DNA of 64,000 bases, taken from contig OZ176056.1 in the NCBI GenBank assembly GCA_964247055.1, positions 3,100,001 through 3,164,000 on the forward strand, read 5' to 3'. Positions 25,218 to 37,000 of the stretch are shown here, piece by piece. This DNA is from Paragordius varius. Its lineage: Eukaryota; Animalia; Nematomorpha. The translations under genes were made by a program, and so were the position numbers. A model generated the notes under the pieces. It did not search any database and had not been told where the DNA came from. It saw only the letters and a program-made list of their open reading frames with translations. Position 1 is the stretch's first letter; every line of letters begins with the position of its first letter.

Positions 25218-28200
25218 ACAGAACGTAAAAATCATATAAGACAAATATTTGGTTTAAAAAGACAACCACCACTCTTTTTCCTACGTAAATTATTAATAAA
25301 TTCCAAGATGCCATATACAGTATATGTAAGGTGACCAGATTTTTTGAAGGAAAAAGCGGGACAAATCTGATAAAGGGGGGGTTATGAGGTGGGGGTGTAC
25401 AACCAAAAATCTTTATACAAAAAATTTATTGTAGTATTTATTTATTTTTAACACAAATACATTATAAATATAAAAAAATATTTAATTCCTTGGTATATTT
25501 TTTATTTGAGTGAATGCGTTTTAGCAGATTGTCATCATTTTATAAAATATTGTAGAAGTCTTCACAAGAATTTGTCAAATTATATTTGACAGATAAAATG
25601 GTAAAGTTTCAACATTTAAATTTGATTTTTCCGATGTCCACATATTTACTGTGGAAAAAACGCGCTCAGTAGCAGCGTTGGTTCCACGTAAAGATAATGC
25701 AAATTCTACAATTTTTAAATATTGTATGGAACATAGTTTGTTTCAAAATGATGAAATATTTCTAACCATTTCTTTTCTACCGTATTTTTTCCTGTTGTCC
25801 ATAATTTAAGTTTTTCTATTAATATAATTTATAACTAATGATATTTTAGAAAAAAGATATTTTCTGAAAGGTTACTTTTTGGGAATTTTTGGGAGATGCA
25901 GAAATGATTTTTGAACATCGCACCAATTCAATTCTGGTTTTATATCCAATGAAAATGATCAAGTTCATTAAATTGCACTGTCCAGTCTTCCAATAATCTT
26001 TACAGTTTGTATAAAACATTTTTAATGGTACAGGATTTGGCGATTTATTAAGCCTTGTTTTTCTAAATTATTTATAATATTGCGGATGGTTATTGGTATA
26101 AAATTATTTTATAACGTTTCTTGACATTGGAATTTTATGTTACTAACTTCATTGGCTACTTCGATTGCCGAAGTTTTGTCACTTTCTATCAATTTAATAA
26201 TATTTTGAAAGAGAGAAGCTTGATTATGTAGGAACTCTAACCATGTTGAAGAATCACTTTCAAAAAACTTTTCCAAAGTTGTAGGACATTTGTCCTGTGT
26301 TAAAAAAATAGGATTTTAAAGGATCATTTTTTAAAATTCCTTCTATAGCTGGCAGAAGAGCAAACCAACGAGTTTGACAATATCCAAGCATTTTTTAATA
26401 TTGAACTTCTGCATTCGCACAGAAATTCTTAAGCGTTTCAACGCGTACCGTGTATATAAAAATAGGAATATACATTAACAACTACATTTTCCACATCTAT
26501 GGGTAACAAATCAGCAGCTATTTGAATAGCGTTGTGTGTTATATGCGCTACACACCCAACGTCAATAATGGATTAAGATTATCTGCTAATTACTGAAACT
26601 TATTTTTTGTTCTCCTCCTGGCTTTTCCAACGAAGTTCGTATTGGTGTTGTCACCGCAATAATCGATGATTTTGTCTTTTAAATTATTTCCTAGAATATT
26701 CATTATTGAAGTAAAATTATGTCGGAATTCGCACCGGGTAGAGAAATAGAATTTAAAATTTTAATTTTACTCCGGTTTCTGGACCAAAATATTTTATTAA
26801 CGGGAAATATTTTTGTTTCCTGATTTGATACATCAGAGTAAATTAATTTTCAGCAAATCTTTTTGTTTTCAGAAAATGCATGCGGCGAAAGCACAATGCA
26901 TACAATGGCTTCAGCCTTTGTACGGGAACGAATAACATGTGAGGTACAATCCATGGATCTAATGGAATGATTGTGATTAACGCGTGAAAAGATAAAACGC
27001 CTTGGGCTAGTGCCAAATTCTTTTCTTCCTCTCCAAAAGCGGTTTTACGATAAAAATCATTTTGTAATATGATGCCACAATATCTCAACATTTTTTATGT
27101 TTCTGTGTTTCCATATGCTTTGTAATATCATGCTTACCGCCATGTGGTAGGGTGAACCCCTAACATAAAGCATTTAACAAATGATTATTTCTTCGTTTTT
27201 TGATACAAGGAAATTCTTTCATTAGATCATCGTTAAATTTACAACCTCTTTTTGTACTCATATTTTAAACTAATCTATATATTTATAAAAATGGAAAATG
27301 CTGGCTTTGTGATCTGGTACTGGAAAACCGGTGGACCCAGTCAAATCCAAACTTCGAAATAATCATTAATGAATGCCCCGACAATAGCTTCGCCCTTTTT
27401 TGGAAATAGGCCTCCAGTGCGGGCCCACCCAGTGGTAAAAACGGTTTTTTTTGAAAAAACAAGTCCACAAAAATAGTGTCTTTGAGACAATTTTCTGGAG
27501 AACGTGTTGGACCATTCAATTTCAAATATGATTTTTGTTTACTTATTTTCGATTGCGCCGAACATAGTCGTCTCGCTTTTTTGATTTAAGCCCTCTTTTT
27601 ACCCGCTCCCTCCGTATAATGCCATTTCTTTCAAAAAACATCCACAAAAATAATTTTTTAAATCTATTTTTCGCCCTTGGTATGAGACTGTAAAAATTCA
27701 CTATGGATTTTACGTATATCCTGTTAAAAGGCAAAAATTTTAGTCAAGCGTTTCTTTGATAATAGCTGCTGGGTAAGGAGAGCTACCCGCTAAAAACTGA
27801 TTTCTCATGTAACTTTGTGATGTGTTTCCGGAAAACCGGTGAAGCCAATCAAATCCAAATATCGAAAAAATATAATCATCAATAAATATCCCAAAAGCTT
27901 CGCCCTTTTTTGGAATTAGGTCCACAGTTCGGGCCTACCCGGTGTAAAAAACGGGTTTTTTTGAAAACAGAAATCCACAAAAATTGTGTCTTTGAGACAA
28001 TTTTCTGGAGAAAGTGTTGGATCATTCAATTTACTTATTTTCGATTGCGCCGAACATAGTCGTGCTTTTTTGATTTAGTCCCTCTTTTTACCCGCTCCCT
28101 TCGTAAAATGCCATTTTTTTCAAAAAACAAAGTCCACAAAAATAATTTTTTAAATCTATTTTTCGCCCTATTGAACAATATATTAGTATGAATGCTCCGT

Positions 28201-29270
28201 TTTAAAATTCCTATAAAATCATATCTATTAAATAATGTTTCGAAATAATCCACATATGTGGATCATTTTATTGTCCCTTATTTCAAATAGCCCTCCCCCC
28301 AGAAGTCCAAAGGACTTCCTCGGGCTGCGTAGCAGCTCGAGATTTACGCTAGTATTAATATAAAAAAATATTATATTACCTTAATTTTCTGGAGTAAACG
28401 TATAAGCTACCGATTTGTGATATTAATTTGTCTTTTTGATAATGTTGGAAGTAAGATTAGGAAGCAAAGTGTATAATCATATGATATAAATTAAAAAAAT
28501 AAATATTTTTAATTTGAAAATAAAAAACTTTAATTTAAAATTAATACAGATTTTAAAGATAACCAATGATAAAAAACTTAAACGGATAAAAAAAATAATT
28601 TATAAAAAATTTAGATGTATTTAAAAAAAATTTTTTTTATATAATCGTGAAAAAGCGGGACATTTTTTGTCAAACACTTGATGAACGTCACATTTGACTT
28701 TAAAAAAGTGACTTTCCACATTTAAAAATTCTACTAGGCCCATTAAAAAATCATCCAAAAAAGGCCAGCAAAAATTTTATTTATATCGAAACATTTATTT
28801 TTTATCTTTAATTCGGCTTAAATTACAAACTCGGAATCGGCCCTACAAAGGTTTTTTATAAAACAAATAAATAAAAAATGGTTGCCATATGAATTTTGGC
28901 TCAAAATTTAGTTCCGTGTATTTATAATTTTTTAAAAAATTTTCCCCTCCATAAATTAAATTATCTGGAAACTTACATGCGTAACATCAACCCCATTCGA
29001 AAAAATCAACGGTTATAATAGTGGCCTAAGCAAAAAGCATTAAACCAATGTTTAAATTAACTAAAATTAATAAAATATAATAAATAATTACTAAGTAATA
29101 AAATATTTCTATTTATTTTACATCAATAGATTTATTCCGGGAACAGTGAAAAATTGTTACAAGCTGCCATAATGTTTTATGGTACAGATTATTGTCTGGT
29201 ACCTACTATTGATATGGAAAATTACAGTGATGTTCCTCATGACAAACCAAACAAGATTGTGAATGTTTAA
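25218..29270 (+). CDS. Possible last two exons of an unidentified gene or pseudogene
   Basis: Open exon-like segments 25218-25325 (TERKNHIRQIFGLKRQPPLFFLRKLLINSKMPYTVY, phase 0) and 29130-29270 (IYSGNSEKLLQAAIMFYGTDYCLVPTIDMENYSDVPHDKPNKIVNV*) join in frame. The upstream sequence (24820-25217) is coding-like but stop-interrupted. No family recognised. Confidence 0.3.
25470..27261 (-). pseudogene. hAT transposase pseudogene
   Basis: ATG at 27261 (MSTKRGCKFNDDLMKEFP), then BED-finger-like HGGKHDITKHMETQKH, SFHAVNHNHSIRSMDCTS, CGDNTNTNF, GCVAHITHNA, TRWFALLP and dimerisation-domain IVEFALSLRGTNAATERVFS. Multiple stops and frameshifts. Confidence 0.9.
27274..28352 (+). mobile_element. Non-autonomous Helitron, short type, copy H2
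   Basis: A|TCTATATATTTATAAAAATGG start. GCTGC-GTA-GCAGC hairpin about 12 nt before the terminal CTAG|T. No TSD. Internal partial duplication with about 500-bp spacing. Confidence 0.85.
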
Positions 29271-29456
29271 TAACCAGATTTAACACAATAAAACTTTTAT
29301 TACAATTTAGTAATAAATTTTTGAATGCATATATAGTGAACCCGCCCCTATAACACTGAGCACAAAATCAGGTAATATATAATAATTCTGATTAAATATT
29401 TAATCTCTTAGATTATCAAAAATGGCTTTTGGTTTGGCCTTACATTGATTTAAAAA

Positions 29457-29963
29457 GTTAGTGCCACTTTTGTAGTAACTGCTTCATATCAAAAAATTTC
29501 CGTACATTATGCTAAATAAAGTTTTTTAGTGAAAGCTGAATGCATTACAAAAAATGAATATATATCATATACTAGAGTTTAAAACCAAAACAATATTTAT
29601 ATAAGGTTTAATGATCTGAGCCCCAAAAGTTTCATACTTTTGTCCACCTTCAAAATGGGCAAGTTTTTTTAAAAAAATAATACTAATTTTGGGATAATTT
29701 TTAAATATGGTTAGTGCCACTTTTGTAGTAACTGCTTCATATCAAAAAATTTCCGTACATTATGCTAAATAAAGTTTTTTAGTGAAAGCTTAATGCATTT
29801 CAAAAAATGAATATATATCATATACTAGAGTTTAAAACCAAAACAATATTTATATAAAGTTTAATGATCTAAGCCCCGAAAGTTTCATATTTTTGTCCAC
29901 CTTCAAAATGGGCAAGTTTTTTCAAAAAAAATAATACTAATTTTGGGATAATTTTTAAATATG
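29457..29963. repeat. Direct tandem duplication, 2 x about 253 bp
   Basis: GTTAGTGCCACTTTTGTAGTAACTGC starts at 29457 and 29710, and the two units are nearly identical. Confidence 0.9.
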
Positions 29964-30305
29964 GTACATTATGACAAATTTTGGACCTAACGTCTAAAAT
30001 AATAATTTATATTTTAGTGATATTCTTGGATTAAAGTAAAAAAAGTGGACAAGTTTTGTCATTTCCTAATATAGAGCAACCAAAAAAATGTAAATATAAC
30101 TCACTCGTAAGGGTAAAAACCGATACTTTTTTATTAAAATATATTATAACGAACAGTGTAATATACCACGTATCCTATAATCAGGTTATTATCGGGGAGG
30201 AAGGGGGAAGGGGTGGTAATTTAAATTTTTTCGATAAAAGCTTGATGATTAAATGATATATGGGTAAATACAGACATACAATACACCCCCATGTTTTTTA
30301 TGTTA

Positions 30306-32590
30306 CTAGTTGGCCCTGTCACGCTTCGCTGTGACGCAGTCTCACCGATAATTATTCCTAATAATTTGCGAGGTAATGAAGATAAAAAATAATAATAAAC
30401 ATATTTAATAAAAAAAATGTCTTTAATTATTTTTTTACGGGTTTTTGCATAGGCTCATATATTGTTCATTGACCATATTTAAACTGTCCCTTAATAAAGT
30501 TAATATTTAACTACCATTGGATTTTATCTCACCGATAATTATTCCTAATAATTTGCGAGGTAATGAAGATAAAAAATAATAATAAACATATTTAATAAAA
30601 AAAATGTTTTTAATTATTTTTTTACGGGTTTTTGCATAGGCTCATATATTGTTCATTGACCATATTTAAACTGTCCCTTATTAAAGTTAATATTTAACTA
30701 CCATTGGATTTTAAGATGTTTTACGATCATGGTTAAAAAAATGTGTTCACACAACTGGGATCAAGGAATATAAAAAGTAAATCATTAGTGGTCCCTTTTT
30801 AAAGGAAAGAATGATACAAATACCCCAGAAATGTTTTTAACTAAACTTGCATGACTTATTAGGTTGTTTGAAAATTAGCTCCAAAACCACGCTATTTTTG
30901 TATGGCGTCTCAGTTTTAAAGCGGTAAACTCCTACCCATTGACCTATATAAAAGCGCTGAGTTAAATTTTTTGTCATAGGGCAATATTTGGAATCATCTT
31001 TGATACCATCGTCTCATGGGTTATTCGAAATAATAACTCAACACTAAATAATCGTTATATGATGGTTTTTAGTGCATAAAAGCCCCAAATTAACGGCTAA
31101 TAAAAATGCCCGACCTTAATTTTTACCTAGTTACAAGTAATATTTTAAGCTTTTAATGAGCTCATATGGCTTAAATTATCTGTAAATTACCAAAACAACG
31201 ATTTCTAATAGTGGCGCCGCTTTTGGCGGTTATTTCCTTAACCAGGGGCAGGTATATAAAAGCGTTGGGCATTGCCTTTATAGAGAGAATATCTGGAATT
31301 ATCATGAATTTTCTATGTTCCTTTAGTCTCACAGTGAAATTTGGCACCAAAGGCACGCTGTATCAATATGATGACGCACTTTTACGCGGGCAGCCCCTGG
31401 GGAGAAACAAAAAACGCTAGATTAAAATTGTCTTAATTCGGGTAATACCTTGAATCACGATTGATTCCATATGCCCTCGCCTCTAAACCAAAGGTGGCGT
31501 TTTTTTAGGGCAAGGGCCTAATTAAAGGGGTAATTTAATAAAACCGCTCTGCTTAAGTTTTTCCTTTTTACAAGTAATATTTCGCCCTTGTTGAACTCAT
31601 ATGGCCTGATAAGTTTACTAAAATTTGCTATCAATATGGCGGTCACAGGCCAATATAAAAAGGACGTTCGATAAAAAATTTTGCCTTTATAGGGGAATAC
31701 CTGGAATCATCATTCATTCCATATGTTATTAATAGTTTTTGGAAGAATGGCTTCAAAATTATATAATCGTTCACTGATAGCACATTTTAGGGCTCAAAAA
31801 ACAACGCAATTTCGATGTGGTGGCGCAGTTTTAGATGGGTAGCTCCAGAACTAATACAAAAAAACGCTTGATTAAAATTTTTCCCTTTTTACGGATAATA
31901 CCTAGAATAAGCTTCCATGTGCTCTCATTAGTTTTTGGAAAAGTGCCTCAAAACTAAAAAATCATTCTTTGGTAGCGCATTTTTCAGTGCGTGAAGGGCC
32001 TAAACGGCTAATTTAAAAAAACCGCACAACCTAAATTTTTGCCTTATTACGGGTAATATTTTAAGCTTGAACTCATATGGCCTGATAGGTTTGTTGAAAT
32101 TTAGCCCCAAAGGCCTTATATTTCGATATGACGAGGCAGTTTTTAGCGGGTATCTCCTTACCCAGCAGCCAATCTTAAAAAACGCACGACTAAAATTTTT
32201 GCCTTTTAACAGGGACTACCTGGAATCTTTATTGAATTTTTACAGTCTCATACCCTGGGCGAAAAATAGATTCAAAAAATTATTTTTTTGGTTTTTTTGA
32301 AAAAAATGGCATTTTACGGGGAGAGCGGCGGGTAGAAAAAGGGCCTAAATTAAAAAGCGAGCCGACTATGTTCGGCGCCGAAAAAAATAAACCTATTTGA
32401 AATCGAATGGTCCTATACGTTTTCCGGAAACTTGCCTCAACTAACTGGGGGCCTAATTAAAAAAAGGGGGAAGCTATTGTCCGGGTATTCATTAATGATT
32501 ATTTTTCCGACATTTGGGTTTGAATGGATCTACCGGTTTTCCGGAAACAAACCACAAATCCAGCGCTTTCCATTTTTATAAATATATAGA
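30306..32590 (-). mobile_element. Non-autonomous Helitron, long type, copy H3
   Basis: The minus strand begins A|TCTATATATTTATAAAAATGG (32590) and ends GTCACAGCGAAGCGTGAC-AGGGCCAA-CTAG|T (30306). Confidence 0.85.
30340..30713. repeat. Direct tandem duplication, 2 x 187 bp, inside the 3' end of Helitron H3
   Basis: TCTCACCGATAATTATTCC starts at 30340 and 30527. Only one unit is present in the equivalent region of H1. Confidence 0.9.
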
Positions 32591-33388
32591 TTACCAACTT
32601 CATCTAATTATATATTGATCTAAATATAATTTGAATCGATGAAAACTTATTTGACGATGCTATATCATAAACTAATCCTACTGCTACCTTCCGGTGGTGT
32701 TGATTAAATTTTACAAATATCAGCATAGGGATGTACAGTCATGTATATGTAGAATTGACAGAAATTCGTTTTTAAATGATTATAATTTGTTTTTAATTGT
32801 TTTAATGTTTGATATGTCAACTTTCAACATGCGCATTTTTAAGCATTAAAATAATAACAGCTTATTTATTGTAAACAATTAAAAAAAGTAAAATCAATTA
32901 AAAACGTATATCTGACAATTCTAAACATACATGACTGTACTATAAATATATACTTCGCAAAAAGGTTTTGTCACAATAGTGGACTATATGTAATAGTTAA
33001 TTCGGATCAACTTATATACTCAAAAGATTATAATTTAAGGTCATAACAATGGTACCAATAATATTTTAACTATAGGTACATAGAATTGATTCAACTAGAA
33101 ATTAAAAACATTATTTAAAAAAGATAAAAAAAAACTATTTATATTGTTTTTATATCAATATATAATAAATGAGCTTATTATAAGGCAAATTAACCCATGT
33201 ATACATTACCTACAATAAATATTTCGAAGAAAGCGTCCTCTACAAAGAATTTTAATCTTTGTGACTCAAAAAACATGCATTTTTGTGCAGAATATTTCAA
33301 AATATTTACCTAAACAGTTTTAGCTAAAAAAACCAAATAATATTTATTGTAAATTTATATTTTAGGCATATGGATACATTTTTATTAA

Positions 33389-33862
33389 TTAATTTTGATT
33401 CAAATCTCGGGACAATACATACGCATCTGGGGGTTCAATATTTTTATAATAATTTTTCTCAATATTAAGAATTTTAAAATTGTGTTTAAGGTAAAATTTA
33501 AGCGCTTTTTCGTTACTTGTTTGAACATGCAAGTAAACAGTTTGAATTTTTGGATACTTTGTTGCCAATTTTATCACATAATCCAGCATAAATGATCCGA
33601 GTCCAATATTACGATAAGCTTCAAGACAACCCAATGTCATAATGTATAATTTAGGTTCTGGCGTATAATTAATTCTACAACAAACGCCACCAACTACAAT
33701 ATCATTGAAATATAATAATTTGGCTAGATCTTCATCCTCATTGCTGTATAAGTCATCATAAAATTTATCATTGTAAGATATAGGAAATATAATCGAGTTG
33801 ATTAATTTGATTAATTTCACGTTATGTTTGTTAATATCACCAAGTTGAATGTTATCTTTCAT
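33389..33862 (-). CDS. NAA50: N-alpha-acetyltransferase 50 (NatE catalytic subunit), single exon, 157 aa
   Basis: Family motifs IQLGDI..HN, IFPISYNDKFY, VVGGVCCR, LYIMTLGCLEAYR..GLG, VYLHVQTSNE.A..FY, YYKNIEP.DA..L. Intact ORF from ATG to TAA. Confidence 0.95.
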   Translation of the reverse strand: MKDNIQLGDINKHNVKLIKLINSIIFPISYNDKFYDDLYSNEDEDLAKLLYFNDIVVGGVCCRINYTPEPKLYIMTLGCLEAYRNIGLGSFMLDYVIKLATKYPKIQTVYLHVQTSNEKALKFYLKHNFKILNIEKNYYKNIEPPDAYVLSRDLNQN

Positions 33863-34030
33863 TGCTAATTATGCATAAATTTTGATATCACATCATATTA
33901 TTCGTGCGCAAAAAGGTTTAAATCTAAATATGAAATTTAATTAAAAAATTATCTTAAGGTCAACAATTATTAGCATATATATAAATACCTATGTGTATGT
34001 TATAAAGTGTTATATTTTTTATTTGAAACA

Positions 34031-37000
34031 ATGTTTTTTAATTTTATTTTTCTGATTTCAATTACTGAGCAATTATTAGTTCACGAGATCACACTATATA
34101 ACCGCATACATGATTTAAATCTCTATCTAAATGTGGAAAAAATCACTTATCCTTTAAATTAGTATTCTAAAATATAAATTTTACTATTTATTTATATAAT
34201 ATTTTGATCCATTTCTCATGACTGACTTGGGTTTGTCTCATAGAGACTAAAAAAATTTATAATGGAAATTTTCCAATATGATTAAATTGTCCCCTTGTTA
34301 GAAAAAATATTTTATAAAAGTACTTAAGCTAAAACCAGCGAATTAACCATTTATAATGATATATCATACACAATTATCCAGTTTTGTAGCAATTTACTAA
34401 AAAATAAATATTGGCGTCGAAAAATTCGAGATACTCGTTTACATTTTTACCTTTTTAAAATATATTATTTACATAGCCTGTAGAATGCATCCTTAAATTT
34501 GTTATCAAAAATAATTATTCTGAAAAAATTTATCTCGGATGATGTTGTTGGAATTTATATCATAGGTATTAGCCTGTTGCAATTGTAACGGAACACTACT
34601 TACTTAATTCCCCAATTTTAAGGGCACTAATTTCATAAAAATTTGACGTTTTTGGTAAAATTCAATATTTAAACAATAACTAAATTTATAATGTATTTTT
34701 GTTGACATACATAACATTATTCAAATCAGAGGTGGCCAACATGAGGTCCTCCGAGTCGAGAAAAATCAGAAATCCATAATTTAAAAAAATATGCTCATAA
34801 TATCTGAATAATTTATAATTCCTCAATTCTTTAACTAAGTCTATTGACAAGATAAAAAAATTGTATATTGTGTTTGCATTTTCCAAATATATGTTTGAGA
34901 TCTAGAAAATATCTTATGAATACCCATATACATTTTAATGCCCGCCAGGTGTTTTGTTTCAAAAATGCGGCCCGCGACGTTATTTGTGTTAAACACCCCT
35001 GATCTAAAAATTTTAATTTTGTAAATAATAAAGAATTTATTACAATAGCTCATCATTTTACGCCGGAGAAGCTACAATGTCTCAATTTCTGAACACTAAA
35101 TATGTCGTATCACTGCAAATCAATGGCAAAAATTTTGTAAATTATTTTTAATGCCATGGCATTTATTGCTTTTTATTTAATTGATAATTCAGAGCTATTT
35201 TATGAAATACTTCGCATATAAATATTTTTATTGTGTTTGTATATTGATTAGTATCAATAATTTTAGTTTGCAACATTTTACGATCATAAAAACGATACCA
35301 ATTTTGTGTTGGAGCCTATTAATACACATGATTCTAATAATAGCCTGTACTCTTTAAAGAGTTACATGGAAAACGACACCTCGCTTAATTATGGAACGTA
35401 TCAAGGTTTTATTAAAAGTTCAAATTAATTTAGCCAATGTTGCAATTTTTAAATTAGCAATCGTTGCATATTATATAAAATATTTAACCGTTTGTCTAAA
35501 TTTCAATAAATTGAATGTCGAAAAGGCAGATTAAAATGTAAATATAATACCTGTTATTATGTTTTACATACAGTTATTAAATGGGTAATAAAAAATATCA
35601 ATCAACGAAATCGCAGACGCCCTCGTCCGCGGATCTATTATATAGAAACGGGAATTTTTTATGCAAAAGATGATTTGTTTTTGGGTGAAGGCTTTATTTT
35701 CCACATCATTGCACAGGTAATTGAGCATAAATTAAGCAATCGTTATCAATAATATGATTTTAACTAGAATTACCTTTATTATTTTTATTAAAATAAAATC
35801 CCCCCAGAAAAATTTAGTAAAAATTGCACGATTGGGAATATAAACTCTAGCTTAACACACACTCATTAGAAAACATATCTTATGTTCTGGAAATGAAATA
35901 TTTTGATAAGGTGTTAAGGCTTGACCACCAACTAAATTTCAGACATAAAACAGCTAGTAATCACTATTTTTAATATAAACAAAGCGTTTAAAATATTTAT
36001 CTCAGATCTATTATAAATTTAAAACATTTGACAAAGATCCGAGTTTAAACTTTTGAAAAGTTATGACAACTTACGGTATGATGTGAAATACCTTACACTT
36101 CATACTTCTCACTTTTATATATAACTGTGTCTTATGTCTGAAACTAATTATTAAAATTTACTATTATAAAATCAAGAATTATAATACTATTTTATAATGT
36201 AAAATTTAGATAGTTTTGATCTAAAATAGGACCAATTCATAAAATGACTCTAAATAAATAATTACTAAAATTCAATCAAAAGCATATATTATTTTTGTTA
36301 TTATAATATTTAATCGCCAGCAATATTAAAATATAGATAATAAATCGGCATAAAGTTTCAGATAAACACTTTTACAGCATTTCTAAATATTTTTGATTAT
36401 AATATGTGATTCCTATACTTATGTTCGGAACGATATCCTCTATTTCAATATTAAAAAAAGTTTCTGAGGTGAATAATCTTTAAAATGTGAATTAAACACT
36501 TTTAAGCAATATTTTTAAAGTTTAAAAAGGCACATTTTTTTGAATTAATAGCCTTCATTGATGATATATATTTGCTTATCTATATACATAAGAGGTTTTT
36601 TATATTAAGGTTTTATTTTGACACAATAATAAATATTGTTTTTTTGACGTAAAATAAATAATTACAAATATTTTTATATTTATAATAAAAACTGAAATAT
36701 ACGGACAAAACGTAAAAATATAAAGTCAAATATTTTTCATAAAAGCTAACTCGTTGATTTAAATGGCAGGCAAAATGTGAAATAGAGATATATATTAACA
36801 AAACAATTCTATATTTTACAATTGTAACTTAATAGCTTTGAGTTGTTTTTTAGATCAAAATATTGTTACGTTTTGTAAGTATTTTTACTGTATATATTAT
36901 ATATTTTTCCTCATATCCACGTTAGGTCAATTACATCCTAAGTAATATTAATGTTGGTGCCAGATTGATACTAGTTGTCAATAATGTGTTCAATATCGAA

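Larger units (their letters stand above)
25327..28665 (-). mobile_element. hAT (Tip100-like) element, right end not found, interrupted by a Helitron
   Basis: Left TIR TAAGGTGACCAGAT at 25327. Subterminal AAAAAGCGGGACA at about 25350 and about 28650. Internal transposase pseudogene. Confidence 0.7.

Noticed and set aside
24860-25325. Long frame with several in-frame TAA/TAG/TGA codons suggesting stop-codon reassignment
   Set aside because: NAA50, Wee1 and the ADAMTS-like gene terminate at TAA/TAG and have no internal stops, so the standard code applies. This segment is a decayed sequence.
27283-28253. Repeated short ORFs (MKLNGPT..., MPFNR..., ...VRRNRK) here and at 46970-47652 and 32067-32300
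   Set aside because: They are chance frames inside non-autonomous Helitron copies; their similarity reflects DNA repeat identity and their stops differ between copies.
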